Positions 24,668 through 36,245 of a stretch of 64,000 bases of DNA are shown here, one piece after another (positions within the stretch are counted from its first letter, which is position 1; each line of letters starts with the position of its first letter). The notes beneath the pieces were generated by a model, which worked only from the letters and a program-made list of their open reading frames with translations, ran no database searches and was not told the DNA's origin. The translations under genes were made by a program, and so were the position numbers. This DNA comes from Macrostomum hystrix (Eukaryota; Animalia; Platyhelminthes), in the NCBI GenBank assembly GCA_950097015.1, contig CATNEN010000003.1, forward strand, positions 8,742,001 to 8,806,000, read 5' to 3'.

Positions 24668-26777
24668 TCAGTTCAAACAGTCGGCCTCGGGAAACAGTCG
24701 ACAGAAGGCGGGCCCGATTTGATCCAGCGCGTCAGTGGCCAGCATGGCCCTACGATGCGCCGCAAACGCCTGGGCAGCGCAGCGGCGAGTCAGCGCAGCG
24801 GCAGCGTAGGCCGCCAACAGAGCCGGATGACGCAGCAGCGCCGGCTGCGGCGCGGAGTTGGATGCAACGGAGCGCGACTCGGCCGTAGAGAAACACCAAT
24901 GGGAGAATATCAAAGCCAGGCCTGCTAGGATAGCACCCTGACCAGAGCAGTGACGAATGCTGCCCTGAAAGCGTTGAGTTTATTGGACATGTAGTAGGTC
25001 AGGGGTTCGAATCTACACTAGAAAATTTTTTTTCTACAAGACCCGAAACAAGAGGTCTGGAGTTCGAATCTTAGACTATAAAGTCGGTGTCTTTAAAACA
25101 AGACACCTACACTTAGTTATTTTTTAATATATATAAATTCAAGTATGTTTGGCAGTCTACTTCACCTATAAAAATTACTTATATTAATAATTTTTATAAG
25201 TAACTGGCGCATCATTTGGTGACACTGGAACCTGGAGGCAATTCTGCCCATTCCGCTGACTCCTGAGCACACATACTCACGCAGGTGTAAACATTTACCT
25301 TGACTTTTTCATTGTCAGGCAGTGTACACTTTGAAATATAGATGTGGCCTTGCCGGGGAATCGAGCCCGGGACCTTGGGTGCTAGACCAGCGTTATTATG
25401 GCTAATTGCTTTCAAATTGAGTTAGTGAATGAGATCAACTTCTGATCAGCTGACCTGCAGAGCGCATATCTCGGCCTGGCTATCCGATCCGGCGCCAACA
25501 GCCGCAACATCTTCGCGACCCTTCAACAGAATGCAAACGCCACCGAGAGACACAGACAGGCGTCCAGTCATCAGGCGTCTAGCTGGATCCGTCTCTTTCA
25601 AATTTAGCGGCCCTGCTTGATCGGCCGTGACGACTAGGACCGATTCGCATAGGCTGCGGAACTCCGACCAATTCGGCGTTAGAATAACCCGCTGCTGGCC
25701 CCGAATCAGAGCTGGATTGTCGGCGACCGCAGAGAGTGCCGTCTGAACAGTTTACCGAAACAAATGGGATTTAAGTTATACAATCTATTCTCTTCTATCT
25801 AGAGATCTAGAGAAGAAACAATTTCCGCTATTTAGTAAGACACACTTAGCAATCAACTCACCCCGTCAATCACCAAAGGTTTGTTAAGCCTTATAGCGGC
25901 CTGAATTGTCTGCAAAAGTAATTGGAAACTACTAATATAATTTATAAGTTAGTAATAGATTAGACGAAATTGCTGATTTTTCTTAGCAGTGACTTTGAGT
26001 TAGCATTTCCTACTAATAAAGTACAAAACTTTAAATAGTAAAACCTGACTTATTAACTATTTTCGATACATATCGGCAACTATTTTCTAATAAAAATCTG
26101 ATGGCCACCGAAAGAAAGTGAAAGAAGGCCCCAAAACACGTTTCTGCGTTTTTTCTAGGGTAATTTAACTTAGTCTCAGTAAATTTTCGCCATTGGAAAT
26201 CGATAACGCAGTACTATGGTATAGGCGACATTCCTACCGGGTCCATGGACCACCCAGAAGCAGTATTACGCAACTACGTCTAAAACAGCCAAGAACGGGT
26301 GCCGCACACCTTGCTTAAGGTGTTTTATTTTAAGGACACGAGTTCGCTGCATATTTGTTAGATGTGTTTCTAGTTTTTCGATACATATCGGCTTAGTATT
26401 TTCCTCACCGCGGCAGCCAGTTGAATTGCCGGCAAGCTGGCATCGAGTCCTGGACCAACTAGCACAGCCTGACAGCCGGCTAAAATTGGCGACTTTGTCA
26501 GCTGCTCAGCTTCAGCAGTCAGAGCGTCGGCTTCCAGCACCGCGGACGGCTGCGGCCAGAAGCTTCTGACAGCCGAAGCGGCGTCCGAGTCGGCGCACAG
26601 AACCGAGACTCGATCGGCGCCGGCGCGCAGAGCAGCCAAAGCGGCCACATTGGCGGGGCCAGGCTGGCTTGCGGAGCCGCCGACGATGCAGACGGAGCCG
26701 CCTGGCGAAGCCATCGGCGGGATGCACTGGGCGGCGCAGCTGAGCAGCAGATCCGAGGTGAGAAGAGTGCAGGACAT
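24668..26777 (-). CDS. NAXD: NAD(P)HX dehydratase (NAXD/CARKD, YjeF C-terminal)-like protein, divergent; exons 26777-26409, 25909-25862, 25742-25455, 24964-24668
   Basis: Motifs IVGGS, ALRAGAD, VLVGPGL, PLVIDG, VILTPNWSEF, ILLKG, GSIRHCSGQGAILAG and AAYAAAALTRRCAAQAF; GT-AG phase-0 introns. Confidence 0.85.
25205..25390 (-). mobile_element. SINE family A, internally deleted copy in a NAXD intron
   Basis: gaggcaattctgcccattccgctgactcctgagcacac...ggcagtgtacact...ggaatcgagcccgggaccttgg. Confidence 0.7.
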
Positions 26778-27496
26778 GATGCCGACCTGGCTGTTGTAGC
26801 TGAGAGCTTAGTTTGAGTCGACAATGCAGCCTGCTATGACGGCAGTCTGCGACTGACTGTTCTCGATGGCTTATGAAAGGCTGCAAATAATTTTTATAAT
26901 TAAGTACATTGTACATCAGCAACAAAGATTTTTCGATTAATATCGGCTGCTTAATACCTTTATATCGGAGGTAAAAAATCGGAGTTCAAGGTAGTTGAAC
27001 ATTTTTTTTTACTTTTTTGAATTAAATGTTTTTTTCGATACATATCGGCTATGAATAAAGGATATGAAATTAGTAAAAACATATATCGCAACGAAAGCTG
27101 CAATTTTTCAAAACATATCGGAGATAAGTATTTTTTCTTACTTAAAATCTACTAATGGATTTCGAATTTTAGTGCTGGACAATTTTCTTTTTCGATTTAC
27201 ATAGATATATGTGTTTTTCTAAACATATAGGTATAAGTATGCATATATATAGAAAGCTAAAGTTCTTTTTAATTCAAAATAAAAAACTCAAATTGGGTAG
27301 AGGTTACTATAAAAATACTGTGATTGTATATATTTAAGCTGTGGTTCCAAAAGTCACAATGGTCGATAGAATAACAGAAAAAACTCACCTCAAAAAATCA
27401 GCAAGCGCAGGTACTACTGTAATTTAATATTGGATAAAAAAACTTCAGCAAATCAAACTCTAGAAATACGAAATTTAATGCAGTAGTAGTATGATG

Positions 27497-27530
27497 CTGA
27501 TTGGTTAGAAATCGATCAACCAATCAGAAT
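27497..27530. promoter_or_regulatory. Inverted pair of CCAAT boxes upstream of a putative non-coding NAXD exon
   Basis: ctgattggtt...aaccaatcag; minus-strand donor gag|gtgagt at ~27390. Confidence 0.3.
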
Positions 27531-27952
27531 CAAACTGCAGCATATTTGTGATTTTCTTCTAGTACATCCAACAGAATGAGGCAGAGGCGGAGAATATTCG
27601 ATCGGAATAATTTCCAGGCAGGCACAAAGAAGTGCCACTCCATAGACTAATGACGTTGGTCGTCCAGAATAATTCGATTTCTGAATTTGCGCCGCACCTT
27701 ATCTTGCCGGAAAAGAGAGAGAGAGGGGGGAGACAGAGCTACAAAGAGGAACACAGGGACTGACAGAGGCGTGCATAAGTGCCAGCGTCCTAAAAAAAGC
27801 TGAATTCTCTCACGTAGTCTAACGCTAGACGTGATGTCTTGCTTTGACAAAAATGTCACTAGTATAATCCGCGTCAAAGTAGAAAAGAATGCGTAAAGAG
27901 ACAGTCCATCAATTTTGTTAATTCAATCAGTGATTTTTGTATCTTTGATTTA

Positions 27953-30900
27953 TTAGACACTAGCAGCGTCCAGACTATCAGCTTTAGCCTCTTTAGCCTC
28001 AGTTAATGGCCGACAGCCGTGCAGATGAAAGCAAAAGTGTAGGCCCTGTTTGCTGGCGGCGCGAATAAATTTTGCATTGCTAGTCACTGTAACTGCGTTC
28101 ATACTGGCTCCAGTACCAAATATGGCCAAGTGTCTGGCCTGTACAGATCGGGATAAGCGAAGACGCTGCGCCAAATCGGCTGGGCATTGGTCCGGTACCT
28201 GCAGGTTGAGCATTGGGAAATCTGAGACTATGGGAAATATTGGGGATAAATGTGAGATTTGGGAAATTTTGTGGAAAAATCTGGGACTAAGGGAAATTTT
28301 GTGGACAAACCTGGGACAATGGGAAATATTGTGGATAAATCTGAGATTTGAAAAAATGGAGGATAAATCTGGGGATTTGGGAAATTTTGAGGATAAATCT
28401 GGGGATTTGCGAAATGTAGAGGATAAATCTGGGGATTAGGATATTTCTAGAATAAATCTGGGGATTTGCGAAATGTGGATGATAAAACTAGTTCAGCGAA
28501 ATTTCGAGGATATATCTGAGGATTTAGGGAATGGGGAGGCTAAAGCTGGGGATTTGGGAAATGTGGAGGATAAATCTGGGGATTTGGGAAATGGGGAGGA
28601 TAAATCTGGGGATTTGGGAAATGGGGAGGATAAATCAGGGGATTTGGGAAATGGGGAGGATAAATCAGGGGATTTGGGAAATTCCAAGGATAATTCTGGG
28701 GATTAGGGAAATTTCATGGATAAATCTGGGGATTTGAGAAATTTTGTGGATAAATCTGAGATTTGGGAAATGTGGAGGATTAATCTGGGGATTTGGGAAA
28801 TGTGGAGGATAAATCTGGGGATTTGCGAAATGTAAAGGATAAATCTGGGGATTAGGGAAATTTCAAGGATAATATATATGGGGATTTGGGAGATGTGGAT
28901 GATAAATCTGGGGATTCGGGAAATGTAGAGGATAAATCTGGGGATTCGGGTAATGTGGAGGATAAATCTGGGGATTTTGGAAATGTCAAGGATAAATATG
29001 AGGATTTGGGAAAAGATGGAGGATAAACCTTGGCATTTGGGAAATGTATTGGATGAACCTGAGGATTTGGGAAATTTTCGGTATAAATTTGATGTCATGG
29101 ATAGAACTGGTAATTTTTTGGAAACTTCGTGTAAAATCCTGGGATTCGGCAGATTAAATTTTCATATTTAAAGGTAGACAAAAGCTACTCACCTGTTCCA
29201 CCCTACTAAGCCATTTCTCCGCTCTTCTCCGCTCAGCGGGTCCAGCGACTGTGTCCAATATGGAACGAAATTCTGACACCGCTGTCTGACAAACCACCAG
29301 ACGTCGCCCCGGAGCAGACAGGAAGGCTTTCAAAGCTGGCAGACAAGGTTGTCGACGTTCTAGTTCTGCCGTGAGAGCCAAGGGCCGCTGGGTGAATAAT
29401 TTATGGCAGCCGCGACCACGGCAAAGATTGCTAGATAAAGCTACCAGACATGTGACATCCAGATTGGCTATTGATTCCGACGATGCCAACGTCAAACCGG
29501 ACGATTGGACAGTCGGAGAGTTGGCTATGGTGAGCTGGATGAGGTGTGGGATATGGGATCTATGTTGCTGATACTGATTCTAGCGGTGTAAGGACAAACT
29601 GGAGGAACTGAATTATAAACTAACTGGCTAAGGTGACAAAGTGACAGACTAACGTTACAGACTTACAGACTAATTTTACAGACTAAGAGTCTAATGTTAG
29701 ACTAAGAGTCCAATGTTACAGACTGCACATAAGCTCGTAAGAGTAAATACCGTTAAGACTAAAATACTAACAGTCTTACAGACATAGTTGATACAGGCTA
29801 CTAAAAGTCCAATTAACTTTACTCAACTTTACCTCATCTAATCGACCAGCAGCCGATTTCAATTTCGCAACCTCATCGCCCAGGCTGTCTCTATCCTTAT
29901 CCTTATCTACATCGTCATCTTCAGAATCAAATAGTTCTTCGTCGTCCGCATCAACTAATTGTCCGGTGACTTCGGACACGCCGACAGCCAGCAGTCTGTC
30001 TCGCAGTCTGGATGTCACACCGTTGGCGCAGTGAATCCTAACACGAATTGAGCCTGGCGCAGCACCCGCCACATTAGCTGCTAGCAAGAGCAGGCGAGCT
30101 TGCTGCAGCAGGCCTCCACCAGAGCCATAGCCAGACTGGCCAGAGCAGATCTGGCTAAGTCCGAGCGGATTTCTGGCGACACATTTCAGCCAAAGCGAAC
30201 CGCCGTTGCAGACTAAATCAACTTCCACCTTAGCAACTTTAGTTGGCAAAGCTTCCAAAGCCTGTTGAAAATAGGGCATTGTGAGAACAGCCTGTTATCA
30301 AGTAGATTACAATGAAAGAATAACCAATCAATATATTATTATGAATGGATTACATCTGATTCCCTGGGCTGATTCTAAAGCAAATACAAGTATTATCAAA
30401 TATTTAAAAATAATATTGAGTGCATTCTACTGTAAGTAGCTTGAGAAGATTTTCGGCGGATACCAATGCAATTAATTTATTTCGACGAAATTTTAATCGA
30501 TTATTGGTCGGATTCTTAAGCAAGTATAAAGACGATATTTCAAACTATTCCTGATTCTTAGGCAAGTATTTCGACGACATTTCAAACGACTTTTTATGAT
30601 TGAATTTTCGACAAGATTTCAGATTATTCCTGGCTGGATTCTAATTTTAAAGGCAAGTATTTTGACGAGATTTCAAACGATTCCTGGTCGGATTCTATTG
30701 CAAGTATTTCGACGAGATTTCAAACGATTCCTGGTCAGATTCTATTGCAAGTATTTCGACGAGATTTCAAACGATTCCTGGTCAGATTCTATTGCAAGTA
30801 TTTTGACGAGATTTCAAACGATTCCTGGTCAGATTCTATTGCAAGTATTTCGACGAGATTTCAAACGATTCCTGGTCGGATTCTATTGCAAGTATTTTGA

Positions 30901-31480
30901 CGAGATTTCAAACGATTCCTGGTCAGATTCTATTGCAAGTATTTCGACGAGATTTCAAACGATTCCTGGGCGGATTCTAGGGCAAGTATTTCAATTCGAC
31001 GAAATTTCAGTCGATTTCAATTAAAACAAAAAAAATCACCTTAACGCATTCATCTGAAATAGCTACAGTAGACTTGTCAGAACGTCTTGGTCGAATAGCA
31101 AACTTCTCAAGGACAGCGCAACAGTCTTGACCACTTTCAGCCGATGCGCTTGTCAACTTATCAAGCTCTGTTGCTACGGCGCATAGTTGGCCAGCATTAC
31201 TGCTTCTCAATTGTTCAACGCGTCTATCTAAATCTTGCACATTATTGGTGTCTAGTAGGCTTTGAACAAATCTACGCTCGGTTTGACAGCGCCGATTCAA
31301 TCTATCCAATCCGGGAACCGAGTTTAGCAGACGATTGCAAACTGCGTCGACAACTGATAGTTGGTTTAGCACACGATTAGCTAGCTCAGAATCGGCTAGG
31401 GAAGCCGTTGATTGCAAGCTGGGATCAGCCAGTTGGAGCACTGCCACCGACTCTGGAGAAGCCGGTCTAGTTCTTTGAGA
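27953..31480 (-). CDS. C7orf25/UPF0415 (DUF1308)-like protein; exons ~31480-31040, ~30291-29833, ~29580-29192, 28198-27953
   Basis: Motifs LRSSNAGQL, EVDLVCNGGSLWLKCVARN, NLDVTCLVALSSNLC, AVSEFRSILDTVAGPAERRRA and IFGTG...TVTSNAKFIRAASKQG...HGCRPLTE; acceptors of exons 2 and 3 are uncertain. Confidence 0.85.
28212..29085. repeat. 30-bp intronic minisatellite (GGATAAATCTGGGGATTTGGGAAATGTGGA)n
   Basis: Diverged tandem 30-bp units. Confidence 0.92.
30480..31000. repeat. 47-bp intronic minisatellite
   Basis: gacgagatttcaaacgattcctggtcagattctattgcaagtatttc at 30664, 30711, 30758 and onward; degenerate toward the left. Confidence 0.92.
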
Positions 31481-31574
31481 CTGAAAAAAAGTTAATTCTT
31501 CTTTTAGGCCTTGTGTTCTTTAAATAACAAAATAATCACTGATACAGCACACTAAAATTACTAATCTTGCAGTC

Positions 31575-31786
31575 ATTGGGCACTCTTAATCACCTGATTT
31601 ACACTGATTGGGCAATCTAAATCACCTGATCTACACTGATTGGGCACTCTAAATCACCTGATCTACACTGATTGGGCAATCTAAATCACCTGATCTACAC
31701 TGATTGGGCACTCTAAATCACCTGATCTACACTGATTGGGCACTGTAAATCACCTGATCTACACTGATTGGGCACTCTAAATCACT
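31575..31786. repeat. 32-bp minisatellite (AAATCACCTGATCTACACTGATTGGGCACTCT)n
   Basis: About 6.5 tandem units. Confidence 0.92.
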
Positions 31787-32367
31787 TTAAATTACATGAT
31801 CCAAAGCTTTGGCAAAAAAACATAAAATAAAATAACAACGTAAGTGGCTGTTAATGCAAAACAGTTTCAATGACAGACTACAGAATGAAAATATGATATA
31901 AGTTCAGTAATCAGTAAAATGCTTCACAAAGTTGGTTGACATACTTGCGTTATACATAAAACAGCCAAAGGCATGAATCGCTGACAATACAAAATCACGG
32001 CGATATTTTCTTAATCTAAACAGCAAAACTTTCAATACTGCATGCCTAATGCTTAGCGACTGTATATGCACATAACATTGAACGGTGACTTACAAAATGC
32101 AATCTCTACATTTAAAGTGGAAACGTTGTTGACATTTTTTAGGATCTAAGCTTTACACCTTCCGAAAGTCAGAGAATGTTTTTTAATGTGCTAGATTTAG
32201 AATTCCAAATTATTCAAGTACCTAGCAACCACTTGGTAACTAACGTCAACAAATCACTGCAACCTGAAAACCAAGGATATAAAAATAAAATAGGCTCGTT
32301 TGATAACTCTACACCAACCAGGCAGAGAATGATTTTTAAAGTGCTAGATTTAGAAATCCCAATAATT

Positions 32368-35170
32368 TCAGGACCTAGCAATCATGCGGTAACTAGTGTC
32401 AACAACTCGCTGCAACCTGTCGCTCTCCTCATCGCCTAGGCTAGTCTCGGGAAAGTCGAACAGGCTAACTAGGCCCCAGCAATCCGAGGCGCGATCCTGA
32501 TGCGTCTCTAACAGGTTCAACACCTGTGAGAACACTTCGCAATGCCGTTTCCAATCTTCGGCTCGAATATTTCTAGTAATGTTGATTGGCACTTCGGCGC
32601 TAGGATTTAGCACAACAAGAGAATCTGATCGCATCTGCTTTGGTAATTGATCGCGAGACAGTTCCACAAAGTTTAACAAATCGATACCCTTATCGGCGAA
32701 GTCGTAGGTGATTAAAAATCTTAGAAATTGTTTCAGCAGCGTCTCCAAATTTCTGGCATTTCTTGTGAAAGCATCACGCATCGAACGGCTCTCAGACGTC
32801 GGCAGATTAGCAAACAGGTGCACCTTGGACGGGTCAGAGATGTGCTGCAGCAGGCGAGACAGAGGCGGCACATAGCCGCAACCCTGATGGCGAAATGGGC
32901 GGCATTTTTCAGTTGAAATTGTGAGATAACTACAAGCGAAATAATAGTACCAGGTGTGATAACTACAAGCCAAATAATAGTACCAGGTGTGATAACTACA
33001 AGCCAAATAATAGTACCAGGTGTGATAACTACAAGCCAAATTATAGTACCAGGTGTGATAACTACAAGCCAAATAATAGTACCAGGTGTGATAACTACAA
33101 GCCAAATAATAGTACCAGGTGTACTATTAAAGACAAGCAAAATGATAAACGAGCAGTATAATATAATCCGCATAATTTATCCTCACCTGTAAGAAGAAGA
33201 TTAGCAGAGCGGTGAGCTTAAAGGTAGTGAGCTGTCCACTGTAATCGTCGGCTTCAATCATTCGCAATTTAGATTCCTTGCAGATGCCCTTAATAACAAT
33301 GAGCAAGGGAGCGAATGGCGGGCAAGACTCGCTTAATCCGCTTATCAGATAATTCAATCGATGATTATAGCGATTGCTGAGCGAAATATCAAAATGAAAG
33401 CCGAGGAAATCATGCCTAGCCCGAATAACTGGCACCAGAGCGCCGGTGTGGCACTGCAGATCGGATACACCAGGATCTATATCCCTTAGTAACAGGCCAA
33501 GGTGAGCTAGAAACACTCGATTCGGAAAGCTGGGCTCTGAGAAGCCGGCCGGAAAACTTTTGCGCAGCGAGACAATATTCAATGGCACAATAGCTTCTAG
33601 ACATTCGCGCAGGCGTTCGGGCACTGGCGCGGAGCTGGGATAGAAATCACTGCGTGTTAGATGAGTGCAGCAATTATCGTAGAACCATAGGTTCATGTCG
33701 CAGTCGGATTTGTCAAAACTGGTACCGGTACGCAATGAGCCGATGATTTTTAAAGCAACGCCGGCAGAAATCGATTGGATTAGAGAATTGATGCCAGTGG
33801 CTAAGACTGTGCGCAGTATTATATGCGGCTTATCTAATATGCGCCTGTTGTAATAGGTTAACATCTGGCTGGATAGAGACTTCTCGGCTAATAGTTCAAT
33901 TCGAAATGCTGGCCAATTGAAGTCTGGCACAATGTCTAGTTTTAATTCTCGACGCAATCGCATGATAGTATCGACGCTGTTGGCATTTGGTGCTACAATG
34001 ATTGGTTGGGTGTGATTTTTCATGGTAATTTCTCGTGTTCGTGAGTTCGAATCTCAGCTCAAGGGAGAAATTTTTATTAGTGAGTTACAATAATTTATTA
34101 CACCTGCCCGATTGGGTCAAATGTGCAGCCGACAGGACAGCAGCAGTTCATGGACTGGGGGGACGCCACACCCACCCTCAATTACCCCAGCTAATTCAGA
34201 GTAACACTTTAACAGCTGGGTGAACTGAAGGAAAGTAAAGTGTCTTGCTAAAGGATACAATTTGTTCTGGCGGAGTCGGGAATCGAACTCCCGACCTTCA
34301 AGTCGTGAGTCCATACGCCCTAAACTTAATTCCGTTGTGCTCCAGTTTACTTATTTGTAAAATCAATAGCTAGTCACCCCCCCGAGGGGGTGAGTGTCGG
34401 AGCGGTCTAATTCGTTTGCCTCTCGCACCAAGGTCCCTGAGCTCGATTCCGCGGCGAGACCATGCATTTATCTGAGGCACAGACGCTGAGAGAAGGTCTG
34501 GAGGCTTGTCATGCCATTGAGGCCCTTGAGGGCCAACCTCCAGTGCACAGTGAAATTGTACACTGCCTTGACGATGAGAAAGTCATGGCAGATGTACACA
34601 CCTGTGTGAGCGTGTGCCTGCGCACATAATGTGTGCGTGTGTGCTCAGGATTCAGCGGAAGGGGCAGAATTGCCTCCTCGCTGGCTGCAGGTCTATTGTC
34701 ACTAAATGGTGTGTATTGCCTCGCAGCCCTCCCGCAATATTATTAATATTACCACAGTCCACGGACTGAACAGCTGCACACCATGTACATATTATTACAT
34801 GTACATATTATTATTATATGATTACTAAAAGTAAATCAAAGCTGCATTGATATTACCAGCACAAAGCTGCAAATAGCCAAATTTGTCTTTCTTAAATAAA
34901 TATCGACTTACCATCAATATCGCCAGATAAATCTACATTCGACAGCACAGGATAATGGCCAAATGGTTGACGCACTTGAAGAAACTTCAACGCATTTCTC
35001 ATGCTACTATCTTTGCCAAACTCTACTAGCAGTGCTCGCTCGCGCAACAGATAGGTGCAACTCTTCGCTTCTCGCAATTTGCCCAGCTTAGCGACTAAAG
35101 GTGACACGCTGCTAGGTGGCACACGGATAGCCAAGCAGCGATTGGCTGAATCGACTATTTTACGACTCAT
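32368..35170 (-). CDS. Non-canonical poly(A) polymerase / terminal nucleotidyltransferase, MTPAP-like; exons ~35170-34912, ~34050-33187, 32883-32368
   Basis: N-terminal RL-like segment (ANRCLAIRV...LLVEF); NTase motif GSLRTGTSFDKSDCDM; VPVIRARH...FDISLSN; LTALLIFFLQ; PAP-associated-like LVVLNP...NITRNI. The exon 2 acceptor is unresolved. Confidence 0.75.
32925..33123. repeat. 33-bp intronic minisatellite
   Basis: ataactacaagccaaataatagtaccaggtgtg, 6 copies. Confidence 0.95.
34100..34325 (-). mobile_element. SINE family B copy
   Basis: Collinear with 14712-14996 (cacctgcccgatt...ggacgccacacccaccctcaattacccc...aacagctgggtgaactga...gggaatcgaac). Confidence 0.85.
34385..34751 (+). mobile_element. 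SINE family A, full-length copy
   Basis: tRNA-like head (gggggtgagtg...gcctctcgcaccaaggtccctgagctcgattcc), ~300-bp body, AT-rich tail. Confidence 0.85.
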
Positions 35171-35660
35171 CTTTTTTGCTCTACTTTAAGTAGCCAGTAA
35201 TGTGAATTCTCTGAAAATTATTTAACATTTTGTTTGATTTAATTCAATCGATTTTGTCTTTACAAATTAGAAAGCATAGAAAAAAATGATATTGCTAAAA
35301 CTGTGAACATATTATAAGTGCGAAACAGTGGAGTACTAATTTTACACTTACAACAGCCTTGTCATAGGCATGACAATTTGCATAGTAGAGTTTCACATTT
35401 ATTAAAAAATATTCATTTATATTTATATAGCATTTTGACAAAAAATTAAGTTGACATCTTCCATATTAGTTGTTAACTAATTGATATAGAAGACAGAATA
35501 AATATTATAGAATAATAAATATAAATAATGACAATAAAGATGACACAATTAATATTTTAAGATTTTGACATTAACTAAAGTAATTTTGATGACATTAGAT
35601 AGTGGTTTAACTAGATATTAACAACAAAGCATATGATAATGTTGAACAATCAGCTGGTAG

Positions 35661-36044
35661 TGTAACAGGGCTTGTCTCTCTACTTTTCTCTCTAATGGTA
35701 GCGTATCACTCGGCACGAGCGGTTTAACCTTCTAAGGCACTGGCTTACTATTCTCCAGTCTTTGCTGGGCGTTTTCTGTGGATCAGAGGGTCACAGCCTC
35801 AAATAACCAACTCAACACTTTTCTTCTTCAGTAATAGCTTATTTGCTTTTCGCCACACTGGCACGTTGATTTGTCTCAACTGAATTACACTCGTTTATAT
35901 ACACATAAGAAAATGTTTGTTAAAGTAAACGAATTTGACAAAATATTTAAAATATATTACATATAAAAAATATTTTGCGCATTCAAACAAAAAGCATAGG
36001 CACGAATTTGACTTTAAAGAAATAATAAAAGCATCCCTACTACA
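35661..36044 (-). repeat. 3' LTR (384 bp)
   Basis: Identical by eye to 41825-42199 except for a 9-bp indel; preceded on the minus strand by PPT AGGGAAGGCAAG. Confidence 0.97.
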
Positions 36045-36245
36045 ACTTGCCTTCCCTAAAATAAAAATTGAATAAAGCATGAGTGATATTTTTAGTAATA
36101 ATGTTATTTAAGCCGCATGAGTCAATTTTACTTTATGTAGCATCAGGTCACCGTCCTCAGTCCCGTCGCCTCTGCTTCTTCGCCGCTGCTGCTGCCGCCG
36201 CTGCTGCTGCCGCCGCTGTCACTGCCGCCGCTGCTGCTGCTGCCA

